Source: a virus (lineage: Duplodnaviria > Caudoviricetes). Taken from it: DNA of 31,989 nucleotides. Below the pieces are notes generated by a model that made no database searches, was not told the origin of the DNA, and saw nothing but the letters and a program-made list of their open reading frames with translations. This document shows, in pieces, positions 16,450 through 24,966 of the stretch. Numbering within the stretch: position 1 is the first letter of the stretch; every line of letters begins with the position of its first letter. The DNA lies in IMG/VR virus record IMGVR_UViG_3300020269_000025, positions 1-31,989 of that record; one strand, 5' to 3'. Both the position numbers and the translations under genes were made by a program.

Positions 16450-16706
16450 GTAAATTAGATATAATGGAAGCAAAACTAAAGCTAAATGATTACTTGGCTA
16501 ATGCTCCTAAGAACTATTATTGCGAGGGTAAGTATACTGATAAGAATGGTAAGAGTAAACTTGTTGATGCTTTGGTCAAAGCTCATACAGCTGATCTTGC
16601 CAGACAAAAGTTTATTAAATACTTTAACAAAGATGAAGGTACAACAATTGTGACATCCTGTATTCGTAAGCCAGGATACATAGAAAAACAAGGAGGGATA
16701 CTATGA
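16446..16706 (+). CDS. Hypothetical protein
   Basis: 86 aa, overlaps both neighbours by 4 nt. Confidence 0.7.
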   Translation: MSKLDIMEAKLKLNDYLANAPKNYYCEGKYTDKNGKSKLVDALVKAHTADLARQKFIKYFNKDEGTTIVTSCIRKPGYIEKQGGIL

Positions 16707-17077
16707 GTTACGATCCAGCTAACTTTCAAAAAGAAGAAAAGAATATTAAGTTTTCAAAAGAAACTTCATTGGATGAAGGATCTGCTGAGAAAGCATATAA
16801 CTTTATGGCTAACAATCTTGACACTCTTGCTGAGTATGAAGAAGCAGCTGATCTTTTAGATAACTATACTAAGCATCTTGTAGATAATTTAGCTAGTATG
16901 ACTGAAGGCAGTGAAGCTGCTAAGAAAAGAACAGCTCATGCAGATACTGCATACAGAGTACATATTGAGAATCTAGCATTTGCTAAAGCAAGGTTTTCAA
17001 AGATGCGTAGATTATATGATCTAGCAAAAATAAGAATTGAAATGTGGAGAACTAAAGAAGCTTCTTCACGAATATAA
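16703..17077 (+). CDS. Helical conserved phage protein (possibly UvsY-like recombination mediator)
   Basis: SEAAKKRTAHADTAY..IEMWRTKEASSR; GGAGG RBS; function is tentative. Confidence 0.55.
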   Translation: MSYDPANFQKEEKNIKFSKETSLDEGSAEKAYNFMANNLDTLAEYEEAADLLDNYTKHLVDNLASMTEGSEAAKKRTAHADTAYRVHIENLAFAKARFSKMRRLYDLAKIRIEMWRTKEASSRI

Positions 17078-17437
17078 TATTCCAGCGGTCAATGGATAGA
17101 GAGAGGCATATGAATGCCTAGACTATAGTAAAGGAATAAGCACGCAAGGCTGACCAGCTTATGTCTCTCTCGTAAAATATTCCGGGCCAGGATACGAGTA
17201 CTGGTATATATAGAATGAAGTATAGGTATTTGCCCACTTCGTACTCGGTTTATTTGGTATCAGACTAAAAGACACCTACTAGTATTAGTATCACCCAGAG
17301 ATGTCTGACTAAGTTATGTCCTGGTGGTGTTAAAGAGAAAATAGCCAATTCGATATTCCTAAAGGATAGAGAGAGTAATTTATCTCTGGCTGTAATGTAG
17401 ACCTAGGTTGTCAGTCCTTAGATGCGTTATTCTCTCG
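17077..17437 (+). ncRNA. Candidate tandem array of pseudoknotted RNA units
   Basis: No ORF; ATATTCC-loop-GGATA recurs at 17077, 17177 and 17353, each followed by a long-range stem and a downstream complement of the loop; G-U pairs favour the plus strand. Confidence 0.68.
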
Positions 17438-17438
17438 G

Positions 17439-17657
17439 CTAGTCTAAGATTTTAATGATTCGTTTACGATCACCCATGTCGATTTCGATTTCTGCTTTGA
17501 CTTGTTGGCAGGACATAGATATGCCTTCCTGATTCTCACCGATCTGTCTTGTAACAATGCGTTTCTGTTCAAGGCAGTCAGCCATACCGCTTGTAGGGAC
17601 ATACTCTATAACCTTTCCATTCTGTATCATTAATATTGCAAATACTACTTCAATCAT
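17439..17657 (-). CDS. Hypothetical protein (hydrophobic N-terminus, two Cys)
   Basis: 72 aa; last gene of the late operon. Confidence 0.72.
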   Translation of the reverse strand: MIEVVFAILMIQNGKVIEYVPTSGMADCLEQKRIVTRQIGENQEGISMSCQQVKAEIEIDMGDRKRIIKILD

Positions 17658-17994
17658 TGTATCCGTTTTTTTCTTCTAAATCTATTATTCTTTCTTCATG
17701 AAACTGTATAGTCATATCGTTCTTTTTAATGTTAGGTACTTCAGCTTCTACTTTTTCTTTTAATTTATCTTGTTCCTTAGAGAGGAACTCCAATAACATA
17801 AACTGCTCTTGATCTATAGGCTTTTGTGTGGATGCCTCAAGCAAGTCTTGCTGCATTAGCTGCAATTCAGTTTCTATAATATTAAGTCGCTCAATGACTC
17901 CAAACCCGAACCAAGCACCCACAATACAAGCACCAATAATACTGATAAGATTACGCATTGGCATTGCGATAGATGTGTTTTCACTTATTTTCAT
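17650..17994 (-). CDS. Membrane-anchored coiled-coil protein (possible lysis accessory)
   Basis: TM helix LISIIGACIVGAWFGFGVI followed by coiled coil; downstream of holin. Confidence 0.65.
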   Translation of the reverse strand: MKISENTSIAMPMRNLISIIGACIVGAWFGFGVIERLNIIETELQLMQQDLLEASTQKPIDQEQFMLLEFLSKEQDKLKEKVEAEVPNIKKNDMTIQFHEERIIDLEEKNGYND

Positions 17995-18218
17995 ACTTCC
18001 TCTAGTTGTCTATTCTCACAGTAGAATGCCCAGGTCTTTAAACCTTTACCTTCTTTTGCTCCATGATCCTCTGCTAGTTTAGTTACTAGTTCTGTTTTAT
18101 TCCAAAATACATAATCCAAACATTCTATCTTTGTATTGAATTCTTTTAATTTATACTCAGAATAGTGTGGACCATTTAAACCATCATACCACAGCATAAC
18201 TGTTATGACCCAAATCAT
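17991..18218 (-). CDS. Hypothetical protein (hydrophobic N-terminus, two Cys)
   Basis: 75 aa, ATGA overlaps. Confidence 0.7.
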   Translation of the reverse strand: MIWVITVMLWYDGLNGPHYSEYKLKEFNTKIECLDYVFWNKTELVTKLAEDHGAKEGKGLKTWAFYCENRQLEEV

Positions 18219-18598
18219 TTTTTACCAAAGAACTTAGTTGCTCCACGGATTCCAAATGAGGCACTCACGATCACTCCCAAGGTGTACTTGTACCAGTCAG
18301 GGGTCATAGCGAGAGCTGCAAAACCTCGTTCAACATACTCTACAGTAAACGGTAAAAAGCAGAGCAACAGCGGAATACTAAAAAGTATGGTTAAATATTC
18401 GTCTTTCCATGAGTCTCTGCTACCTTTGATAGCTTCAACATCCCAGTCTATTTCTCCTGCAATTTGTTTCTTTTTTATCTCTGTTTCTGCTTTTATAGCA
18501 GTTAGCTTTTGTTCTGCTTTGGCTTTACGAGTTTCAACATAACCACCAATAGCATCACTAGCCACTCCCAAGAGAGGCTTGATTAACATTTGTAACAT
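18215..18598 (-). CDS. Holin (GTA 3TM-like)
   Basis: SWKDEYLTILFSIPLLLCF..PDWYKYTLGVIVSASFGIRG; adjacent to endolysin. Confidence 0.78.
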   Translation of the reverse strand: MLQMLIKPLLGVASDAIGGYVETRKAKAEQKLTAIKAETEIKKKQIAGEIDWDVEAIKGSRDSWKDEYLTILFSIPLLLCFLPFTVEYVERGFAALAMTPDWYKYTLGVIVSASFGIRGATKFFGKK

Positions 18599-19054
18599 TT
18601 ATATATTCCTTATGATTGTAGATAGTTCTATTGCTCTAGCAGGTGTTTGTTGATGCCATCGAGAATCAATCATCTCATCAGCAGCAGTTTTAAAATCACC
18701 CTCATCTAGTGCTTTTAGTGTTTTTTTAAATTTAGATACCCTAGGGTAGCCCATTTGAAAGAGCATTTCGATCAAAACGCCCTGAATTTGCTCTATATCA
18801 CCCTGATCTAAGCCTTGGGTATACAAATTGGGTATATGCTTCTCTATGAGCTGTTTTGCAGCCTTAAAAGCGATTTCAAAGTCTTTATCAAATATCTCAC
18901 TTAAATGATCCACAGAGTACTTAACACCCATCTGAATGTTATCTTCTGGTAAGATCATATGCCCCCAACCTATAGTAGGTATACCAAGACTATCATTGTA
19001 AGCCTCATCTCTAAAACCTTCGTGATCTTTAATACGTTTTTTAATCTGCTCCAA
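18599..19054 (-). CDS. Endolysin, T4 lysozyme-like muramidase
   Basis: HEGFRDEAYNDSLGIPTIGWGH catalytic E-D-T motif; MLFQMG, AADEMIDSRWHQQTPARA. Confidence 0.92.
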   Translation of the reverse strand: MEQIKKRIKDHEGFRDEAYNDSLGIPTIGWGHMILPEDNIQMGVKYSVDHLSEIFDKDFEIAFKAAKQLIEKHIPNLYTQGLDQGDIEQIQGVLIEMLFQMGYPRVSKFKKTLKALDEGDFKTAADEMIDSRWHQQTPARAIELSTIIRNI

Positions 19055-19370
19055 AATACATATCCTTTAAAAGTTCATCAGCTATTAGACCATCAATAGT
19101 TGTAGGTTCACCAGTAGTCCTTCTAGGTACTTGACTAGCAATAGATTCTAGTGCCTCTACAGGATCTTTAAATAGTTGTAGTTCTTTAGTCATATACATA
19201 CCGATCCTATGCATTAGGTCTGGGTATGTAGTTCCATATTTAGATTTACTCCAAATCATTATGACTCTAGGCAAATCATTTTCATACTCAACTTGCACAT
19301 AGTGCATTTGATTGTTGAGTTCTAAATTCTTTGTTATGCCTGGTCGTCTGTTATTTTGTGGTTGGTACAT
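19041..19370 (-). CDS. Stand-alone TSCPD-like (NrdJ C-terminal-like) domain protein
   Basis: NRRPGIT..YVQVEY..PRVIMI..K.GT..KELQ..R..GEPTTIDGLIADEL resembles small TSCPD-like phage proteins; likely start ATG 19370. Confidence 0.5.
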   Translation of the reverse strand: MYQPQNNRRPGITKNLELNNQMHYVQVEYENDLPRVIMIWSKSKYGTTYPDLMHRIGMYMTKELQLFKDPVEALESIASQVPRRTTGEPTTIDGLIADELLKDMYFGAD

Positions 19371-19377
19371 ATATATA

Positions 19378-19590
19378 TCATGATTTTGTTGATTCGTTTT
19401 CAATGAGGATGTCAATGTAGTGCCTTGCCTTTCTTAAATCTTCTATACCATTTTTTGTTTTCCACCTTGTAATATATTTTATTACACAAGCCTCACAATG
19501 TGGTATGTCATTTGCGAGTATAAATTCTATCGGCTGTATCACTAAGTCTTTATAGTGATTGCCACCCTCTTGTTTCTTTGTAGTTTCCAC
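19378..19590 (-). CDS. DUF3310 (SaV / T7 gp1.7-like) protein
   Basis: QEGGNHY..IQPIEFI..VIKYITRWKTKNGIEDLRKARHYID. Confidence 0.88.
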   Translation of the reverse strand: METTKKQEGGNHYKDLVIQPIEFILANDIPHCEACVIKYITRWKTKNGIEDLRKARHYIDILIENESTKS

Positions 19591-20291
19591 TATGGAACTA
19601 CTTTATTCCAACTTCCTCCTTTTGACAAGACCATAGGTAATAATTTTGGTTGTGAGTTTATAATGATTCCACAGCCAATAATAGGTCTATCCTTAAATAC
19701 TTTATCATATGCAAATGCCATAGAGTCTTTGTCTATAAGACATCCTACCTGCATCGCCCATAATAATGATTCTGGGTTGCCCCAATATGATATACCATAC
19801 TTTGTATGATAGTGTCCCTGTACATAACAGGTTCCCTGCTTCTGCCCCACAGATAAAATATTAGCAGACTTGCCATGATGAAAATGTACTTTGTTACCAT
19901 CAGGTAGTTTTATAGTAAGTTCATTATGCCACTTCCATCCCTTACCAACTTGAAGTACTTCATTGTATCCTCGCATATATGCCATAGGTATACCTGCTTT
20001 GAAGGACCTTCTATACGCAAGACTGCCATGATTAGAATGTAGTATATCTACATTACTCCATAATTTTTCAATTTCATGAATTACTTTTCTAGCTTCTACT
20101 AGTTCGTCACCAGCGGATGGTAAGTCAGGGTCTTGCCCATGCATATTTAATCCGTGTTTATCACATTCATCGCCGATATGTACAATTCTATCAGGGTTGT
20201 ACTTTTTTTTAATACCTTTTAAAAAAGGAATCAGGTCAGGATGATGATAAGGTGCGTGAGTATCTGAAATTATCAGTATCCGTTTGTTCAT
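19590..20291 (-). CDS. Calcineurin-like metallophosphoesterase
   Basis: ISDTH, HIGDECD, SNH, FHHG, QGHYH motifs. Confidence 0.9.
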   Translation of the reverse strand: MNKRILIISDTHAPYHHPDLIPFLKGIKKKYNPDRIVHIGDECDKHGLNMHGQDPDLPSAGDELVEARKVIHEIEKLWSNVDILHSNHGSLAYRRSFKAGIPMAYMRGYNEVLQVGKGWKWHNELTIKLPDGNKVHFHHGKSANILSVGQKQGTCYVQGHYHTKYGISYWGNPESLLWAMQVGCLIDKDSMAFAYDKVFKDRPIIGCGIIINSQPKLLPMVLSKGGSWNKVVP

Positions 20292-20485
20292 ATTAAGCTT
20301 CTAACAATTAAATAACACATTTGCAAGAATACGGTTGTTCCAATAAACCATATAAATGTTTTTAATTGTCGAATATCTTTCTCCACATGATATAAATGAT
20401 TGTCTTTTAGCGTATCAATTTTTTGATGAATTAATTTAATATCACCCTCAATACGAATAATTGCTTCTTTGTTGTTTTGTTCCAT
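20288..20485 (-). CDS. Coiled-coil plus C-terminal TM protein (XhlA/holin-like)
   Basis: Start moved to ATG 20485 (TAATG); IDTLKDNHLYHVEKD followed by a TM helix. Confidence 0.65.
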   Translation of the reverse strand: MEQNNKEAIIRIEGDIKLIHQKIDTLKDNHLYHVEKDIRQLKTFIWFIGTTVFLQMCYLIVRSLI

Positions 20486-21654
20486 TAAGCAGTCCTTTTC
20501 CACATATAGACAGTAATAAACGGAGGCATATTATCGTGTGATGTTCCACCACCAACAGATTGAGATGGTGATTGGTTAGCTTGTCCAGATACACCAAAAG
20601 AAACATAGTCGTTGTTACCTGCACCACCATTTGAGTTTGTTGTTTTTGTTAATGCACCGTTAGCTGATACCTGATTAGGAAAACCATTGCCACTACTTAA
20701 TGTAAAGTGAGAGTGACTCGGTATTTGTGATAATGTTAATGTAACTGATTCTGATCCACCAGTTTCTTCTGCACTATTCCATCTTGAATTGGAACTCTGT
20801 TGACTAATTAACATTCTTCCTTCACCAAATCTAGCCCAAGTACCAAATCCTAATAATGTGTTTGGATTTGTTGAGCTAGTAGCATTCATATATATAGATC
20901 CAACAGGGTAAGCATTTTGTACTATATTTGTTCCACCTGCTGTAATAGATCCACTAACAGAAAGATCCCCTGTTACTGTAGCACCAGAAGAAGTTGTTTC
21001 TAATTTTTTACTTCCATTATGATTTAATTCAACAGAACCATCACCAGTAAATTTAGCTCCAACAGTAGCATCTGTATTTTGCACTTCTACAATAGAAGCT
21101 TTTAATTTTAAATCACCTGTTCCTGAATCTTCAATATAAGAATGATTACTATCATGATAAATTTGTAGATCTTGAGAGTCGCCAAACCTTAGTTTAGCAT
21201 CATCATCCATATCTATATTTGCAGCACCACCAGCATTAGGTAGTCCTAGTTCAACTTTAGTTATGGCAGCTCCTGTAATATTAGCTCCAGATAAATTAAC
21301 TGTAAGTGTTGGGCTTGAGTAAGCTGTAGATTCTATTGTTCCTGTAGTAGTACCATTAGAGTGAGTTACTTTAACTTTTCTACCAACTTGATAATAATCA
21401 GTTCTTAAATCACTAGCAGTATTAATAGTAAATGTATCAGCATCAATTTTAGTTACTGTATATTCTCCATCAGTATCACCCAGTTCTACATATCCAGCTG
21501 CAATATCATTCACAGCAGCCCTTACATTAGCAAGTGTTTCTCTAGCTGCATTATTGACATCACTGGGAGCCATACCTTCAGCCCAGTTTGTAGACTGTAC
21601 AGATGTATTGTTTGCTGCTGTAGTACTATATTTTCCTACGCCTGTTCCTGCCAT
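20485..21654 (-). CDS. Tail fibre / receptor-binding protein
   Basis: WAEGMAPSDVNNAARE anchor, DDAKLRFGDSQDLQIYHD fibre module, C-terminal T4 gp10-like YPVGSIY..GTW..TGG..HDNMPPFITVYMWKRTA. Confidence 0.85.
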   Translation of the reverse strand: MAGTGVGKYSTTAANNTSVQSTNWAEGMAPSDVNNAARETLANVRAAVNDIAAGYVELGDTDGEYTVTKIDADTFTINTASDLRTDYYQVGRKVKVTHSNGTTTGTIESTAYSSPTLTVNLSGANITGAAITKVELGLPNAGGAANIDMDDDAKLRFGDSQDLQIYHDSNHSYIEDSGTGDLKLKASIVEVQNTDATVGAKFTGDGSVELNHNGSKKLETTSSGATVTGDLSVSGSITAGGTNIVQNAYPVGSIYMNATSSTNPNTLLGFGTWARFGEGRMLISQQSSNSRWNSAEETGGSESVTLTLSQIPSHSHFTLSSGNGFPNQVSANGALTKTTNSNGGAGNNDYVSFGVSGQANQSPSQSVGGGTSHDNMPPFITVYMWKRTA

Positions 21655-21666
21655 ATTATATCCTCC

Positions 21667-24600
21667 TTAAAATAAAGCTTTCATTGGATCTTCGACCAGT
21701 TCTCTAGTTCTAAACATTGTTGATCTTGGACCTTTGTATTTTGGATGTGCTAATTGTCCTAAGACAACATTGAGTGCATCATCATAAGTTAAACCATCTT
21801 CCATATATCCTTCTACAGCTTGATTTACCCATATAGGTAAAAATTTAGATCCAACTTGACCGCCTAGTTTCAAGGCTTTCTCTATTGAACTATCATCTTT
21901 TTTAGTGATTTGTGGACTCCAACCTGTAGTTAGATATTCTTTGTTGCTTAATATTTCAGCAGCTGTTTTTGGTAATGAACCAGTTTTCTTTAATAATGTT
22001 TTTTGTGGATCAGTTATCCAATGGAAAGGTTCCATGTACTGTTTACTAAATGTCATAACTTCACCGTTACCTAAGTCAATTCTAGTAGGATCTTTATTTT
22101 CAAAGATGCTCTTACCAGTAAATGCATAGTTAACAGCATTTCCAAGTATTGCATATAAAATTGCACCATTAATTAAATACATCATATATAGGTTTCTTGT
22201 TCGTTCATTTGAATTAAATGCAGGAAATGCTCGAGCAAGTATTCTAATATTTGATATAGTCCAGTCTGGTGCGAAAAATGCAAATTGAACATATGGCTTT
22301 GCTCCTGGTTTATATGTAGCTTGTGCCATACTTCTTAGTATTGGATTAGCTGTATCATTAGCTAATCTTGTCCAGTTTTGTCCACCAAAAGCGTCATTGG
22401 TAAATTCAGCTGCATCTCTAGCGTGTATCCTCAGTGGTATTCTACCTTCAGGATCTCTTAATATTTGTTTATTCATTTGTGCAATAGCAGTATGTAATTT
22501 AAATGATGTAAAAGCTCTTTCCCAAGTTACTTTATCAAACCATTTAAATACAGACCTAGCAGGTCTTACACCAAGATCATTCATCACTTTACCCAAAGCA
22601 GGTATTTTAGATACTGCTCTTTCTATTTGGTTAAATGATGCGTAAAACTGATCATGTCCTACATCGGCAGGTTTATTTATTTCTAAACCATTCTTAACTA
22701 AAAGCTGTATAACATCTCTGTAGTTTGGATCATTTTGTAATCTTGTTGTAGTTGCAACATACTCTGATTCCATCCATTTTTTAAATGATGGATCATTAGG
22801 ATTTTCTGTCCATTTTTGCATAAGACTCTTACGACCTGTAACTGAGTCTTTAAATAGTTTACCTGTATAGTTTCTCATCGCACCATCTCGTAAAAAAGTA
22901 AATATCATACTTTCTCCAAGAGATACTGCATGAAAGAAAGATGCTCCTACAGCAAATCGTTTCATCAAAAAGTTTACATTCTGTGAATGTTTTACTAGTG
23001 CAGGTGGATCTGTAGCATCCATAACCATTTGTATATAAGGTTTTACACTTTTATGTACAAAAGCTATTTCTTCTTTATCTAAAACATCGTTCCTATATAT
23101 TCTTTTATTGATACTAGGATGATTAAATGCAACAAAATCTGTTTTTAAATCATCAGGTATATCTGCAAAAGATCTATGTATTGCTTGTGTGCCTAGTCCT
23201 GGAAACTTAAATTTAGTAAATTCATTAATAGTTTTTCTTTCTATATCAGCTTTACCCATAGATATAGAATAACGAGTAACTATATCTGCAATATCAATAT
23301 CACCTTGATTATTTGTTCTTGGTATATATCCAAGCTCTATACCCTCTTTATAATTAGGTATAATTCTACTTTTACCATACTTACCAATACCACCAGATGC
23401 ACCTATTAGTTTTAAAACATTTTCACCAAATGTCTTTTCACCTTTATCAAATCTTTGTGCAAGTGCAAATGTATCAGCTGTTGGTCCTAGCTCCCATTCT
23501 TGAGCCAGATAGTTTTTTACATAACCAAATCTAAACCCATCTTTTACCATCTTATTTCTTGTTACTTCAAAATAATCTGGCAATTGGTTTTTTATAAAGT
23601 CCAATTCTTTCTTAGAAAACTTTATAGTTTCTGTAGGCATAGAATCAATTAAGTCTTGAGCTGCTTTAACATTACCCTGATCTCTAAGATTCCTAGCTCT
23701 CATCAAAGTGTCTTTATTAAATTTTTGCCAAACAAATGTTCCATCAGATGCTATAGCACTAGGATTTTGTACAGCAAAGACCATAGCTTCTCTAGCTCTT
23801 TCACTAAAGTTTGATCTAATTGCTTCACCTAATCTTGTAGATGCTACTTCTACACCTTTTATACCACCATCTAACGCAGCTGTAAGTTCATCTGCTTGAA
23901 GTTCATTTGATCTTACAATTTTTTGTTCATCAAATGTTCTTTTACGAGTTAGTACTTGTGTCGCTTTATTAAAAGCAAATGGAACTAAACCTAATGACAG
24001 ACCAGCAGTAGCAGCAGCTATTTTTTCATCTTTAGCTGTAAGAAAACCAGAAAATGCACCTATACCACCTAATGATGCTGCAACCTTCCAATTGAAGTTG
24101 CCTCGTATAGCATCATTTTTTGCTTTATTGAGTTCCTCTTTATATCTAAAATTAACCATATCCTCGACTTCTTTTCTTTGAAGTTGAGGTGCATCCATTT
24201 CATCTAGTATTTCTTTAATAGCTTTATCTAAATCAGGAATAGGATCTTCAGGTCTTTTAGATGCAGCTTCATATATTTTTCTACCTACTTTTTCAGGATC
24301 ATCTCCTGTAGCTTTTGCAACCTTTGTACCAAGACCAGCAATCATAGCACCAAACATTAAATTTGCAGTACCACCAATAGTAGCTTCTGCTAATGTTCTT
24401 TTAGCATCTATATCGGCATCTTCACCTAACTGTAAGATACCACCATATGCAGTACCTAGCGCAGCTCCTGTAGCAAACATTGAACCAGCATTCAATAATT
24501 TTTGACCTTTAGCTCCTGTAACACCAATTGCAGCAGCTGTGTTAGCTCCTAATTTACCCCACCCTAAGAATGGTATAAATAATAAATATGGATCAGCCAA

Positions 24601-24966
24601 TATTGCATTTACCATTTCACTGGCTAACATTTCAGGATTGGATGCTACAAACTTAGCTACTTCTTTTATATCAAAAGATCCTTTTTCTCCTGACTCATCA
24701 GGCAATAGATAGCCAAATTTATTATATATTCTAAACGACTCTTTCCATTCATCTGTATTTGGATCTAATGTTCTAAGTTTTTTACGAGCTTCTTCAGCTT
24801 GTTTGGCTTTAGTATTACCAGTAAAGTATTGATAGAGTGATGCAGGTAAAGATTCTTCAAAAAATAATTCTATAGGATTCCTAATATTAAATCCTACTTT
24901 AGGTTCTAGAATATCAGGTATATCAACTATATTATCGTCTAACCCACCAACAAACTCATTAGACAT
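21667..24966 (-). CDS. Large internal virion / DNA ejection protein
   Basis: 1099 aa, Gly/Ala-rich hydrophobic segments; last of three core genes before the fibre. Confidence 0.68.
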   Translation of the reverse strand: MSNEFVGGLDDNIVDIPDILEPKVGFNIRNPIELFFEESLPASLYQYFTGNTKAKQAEEARKKLRTLDPNTDEWKESFRIYNKFGYLLPDESGEKGSFDIKEVAKFVASNPEMLASEMVNAILADPYLLFIPFLGWGKLGANTAAAIGVTGAKGQKLLNAGSMFATGAALGTAYGGILQLGEDADIDAKRTLAEATIGGTANLMFGAMIAGLGTKVAKATGDDPEKVGRKIYEAASKRPEDPIPDLDKAIKEILDEMDAPQLQRKEVEDMVNFRYKEELNKAKNDAIRGNFNWKVAASLGGIGAFSGFLTAKDEKIAAATAGLSLGLVPFAFNKATQVLTRKRTFDEQKIVRSNELQADELTAALDGGIKGVEVASTRLGEAIRSNFSERAREAMVFAVQNPSAIASDGTFVWQKFNKDTLMRARNLRDQGNVKAAQDLIDSMPTETIKFSKKELDFIKNQLPDYFEVTRNKMVKDGFRFGYVKNYLAQEWELGPTADTFALAQRFDKGEKTFGENVLKLIGASGGIGKYGKSRIIPNYKEGIELGYIPRTNNQGDIDIADIVTRYSISMGKADIERKTINEFTKFKFPGLGTQAIHRSFADIPDDLKTDFVAFNHPSINKRIYRNDVLDKEEIAFVHKSVKPYIQMVMDATDPPALVKHSQNVNFLMKRFAVGASFFHAVSLGESMIFTFLRDGAMRNYTGKLFKDSVTGRKSLMQKWTENPNDPSFKKWMESEYVATTTRLQNDPNYRDVIQLLVKNGLEINKPADVGHDQFYASFNQIERAVSKIPALGKVMNDLGVRPARSVFKWFDKVTWERAFTSFKLHTAIAQMNKQILRDPEGRIPLRIHARDAAEFTNDAFGGQNWTRLANDTANPILRSMAQATYKPGAKPYVQFAFFAPDWTISNIRILARAFPAFNSNERTRNLYMMYLINGAILYAILGNAVNYAFTGKSIFENKDPTRIDLGNGEVMTFSKQYMEPFHWITDPQKTLLKKTGSLPKTAAEILSNKEYLTTGWSPQITKKDDSSIEKALKLGGQVGSKFLPIWVNQAVEGYMEDGLTYDDALNVVLGQLAHPKYKGPRSTMFRTRELVEDPMKALF

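Noticed and set aside
12555-16691. Opposite-strand or alternate-frame ORFs 12555, 13449, 13922, 15133, 15278, 16482
   Set aside because: Largely contained within better-supported genes; no independent evidence
17077-17437. CRISPR mini-array, tRNA cluster, tmRNA or hammerhead/pistol ribozyme reading of the non-coding gap
   Set aside because: Repeated tags are only 7+5 nt split by variable loops; no T-loop/CCA cloverleaf or tag ORF; no CUGANGA/GAAA core seen; pseudoknot placement differs from pistol
20485-21654. Diversity-generating retroelement target in the tail fibre
   Set aside because: No reverse transcriptase and no template-repeat copy seen in the window
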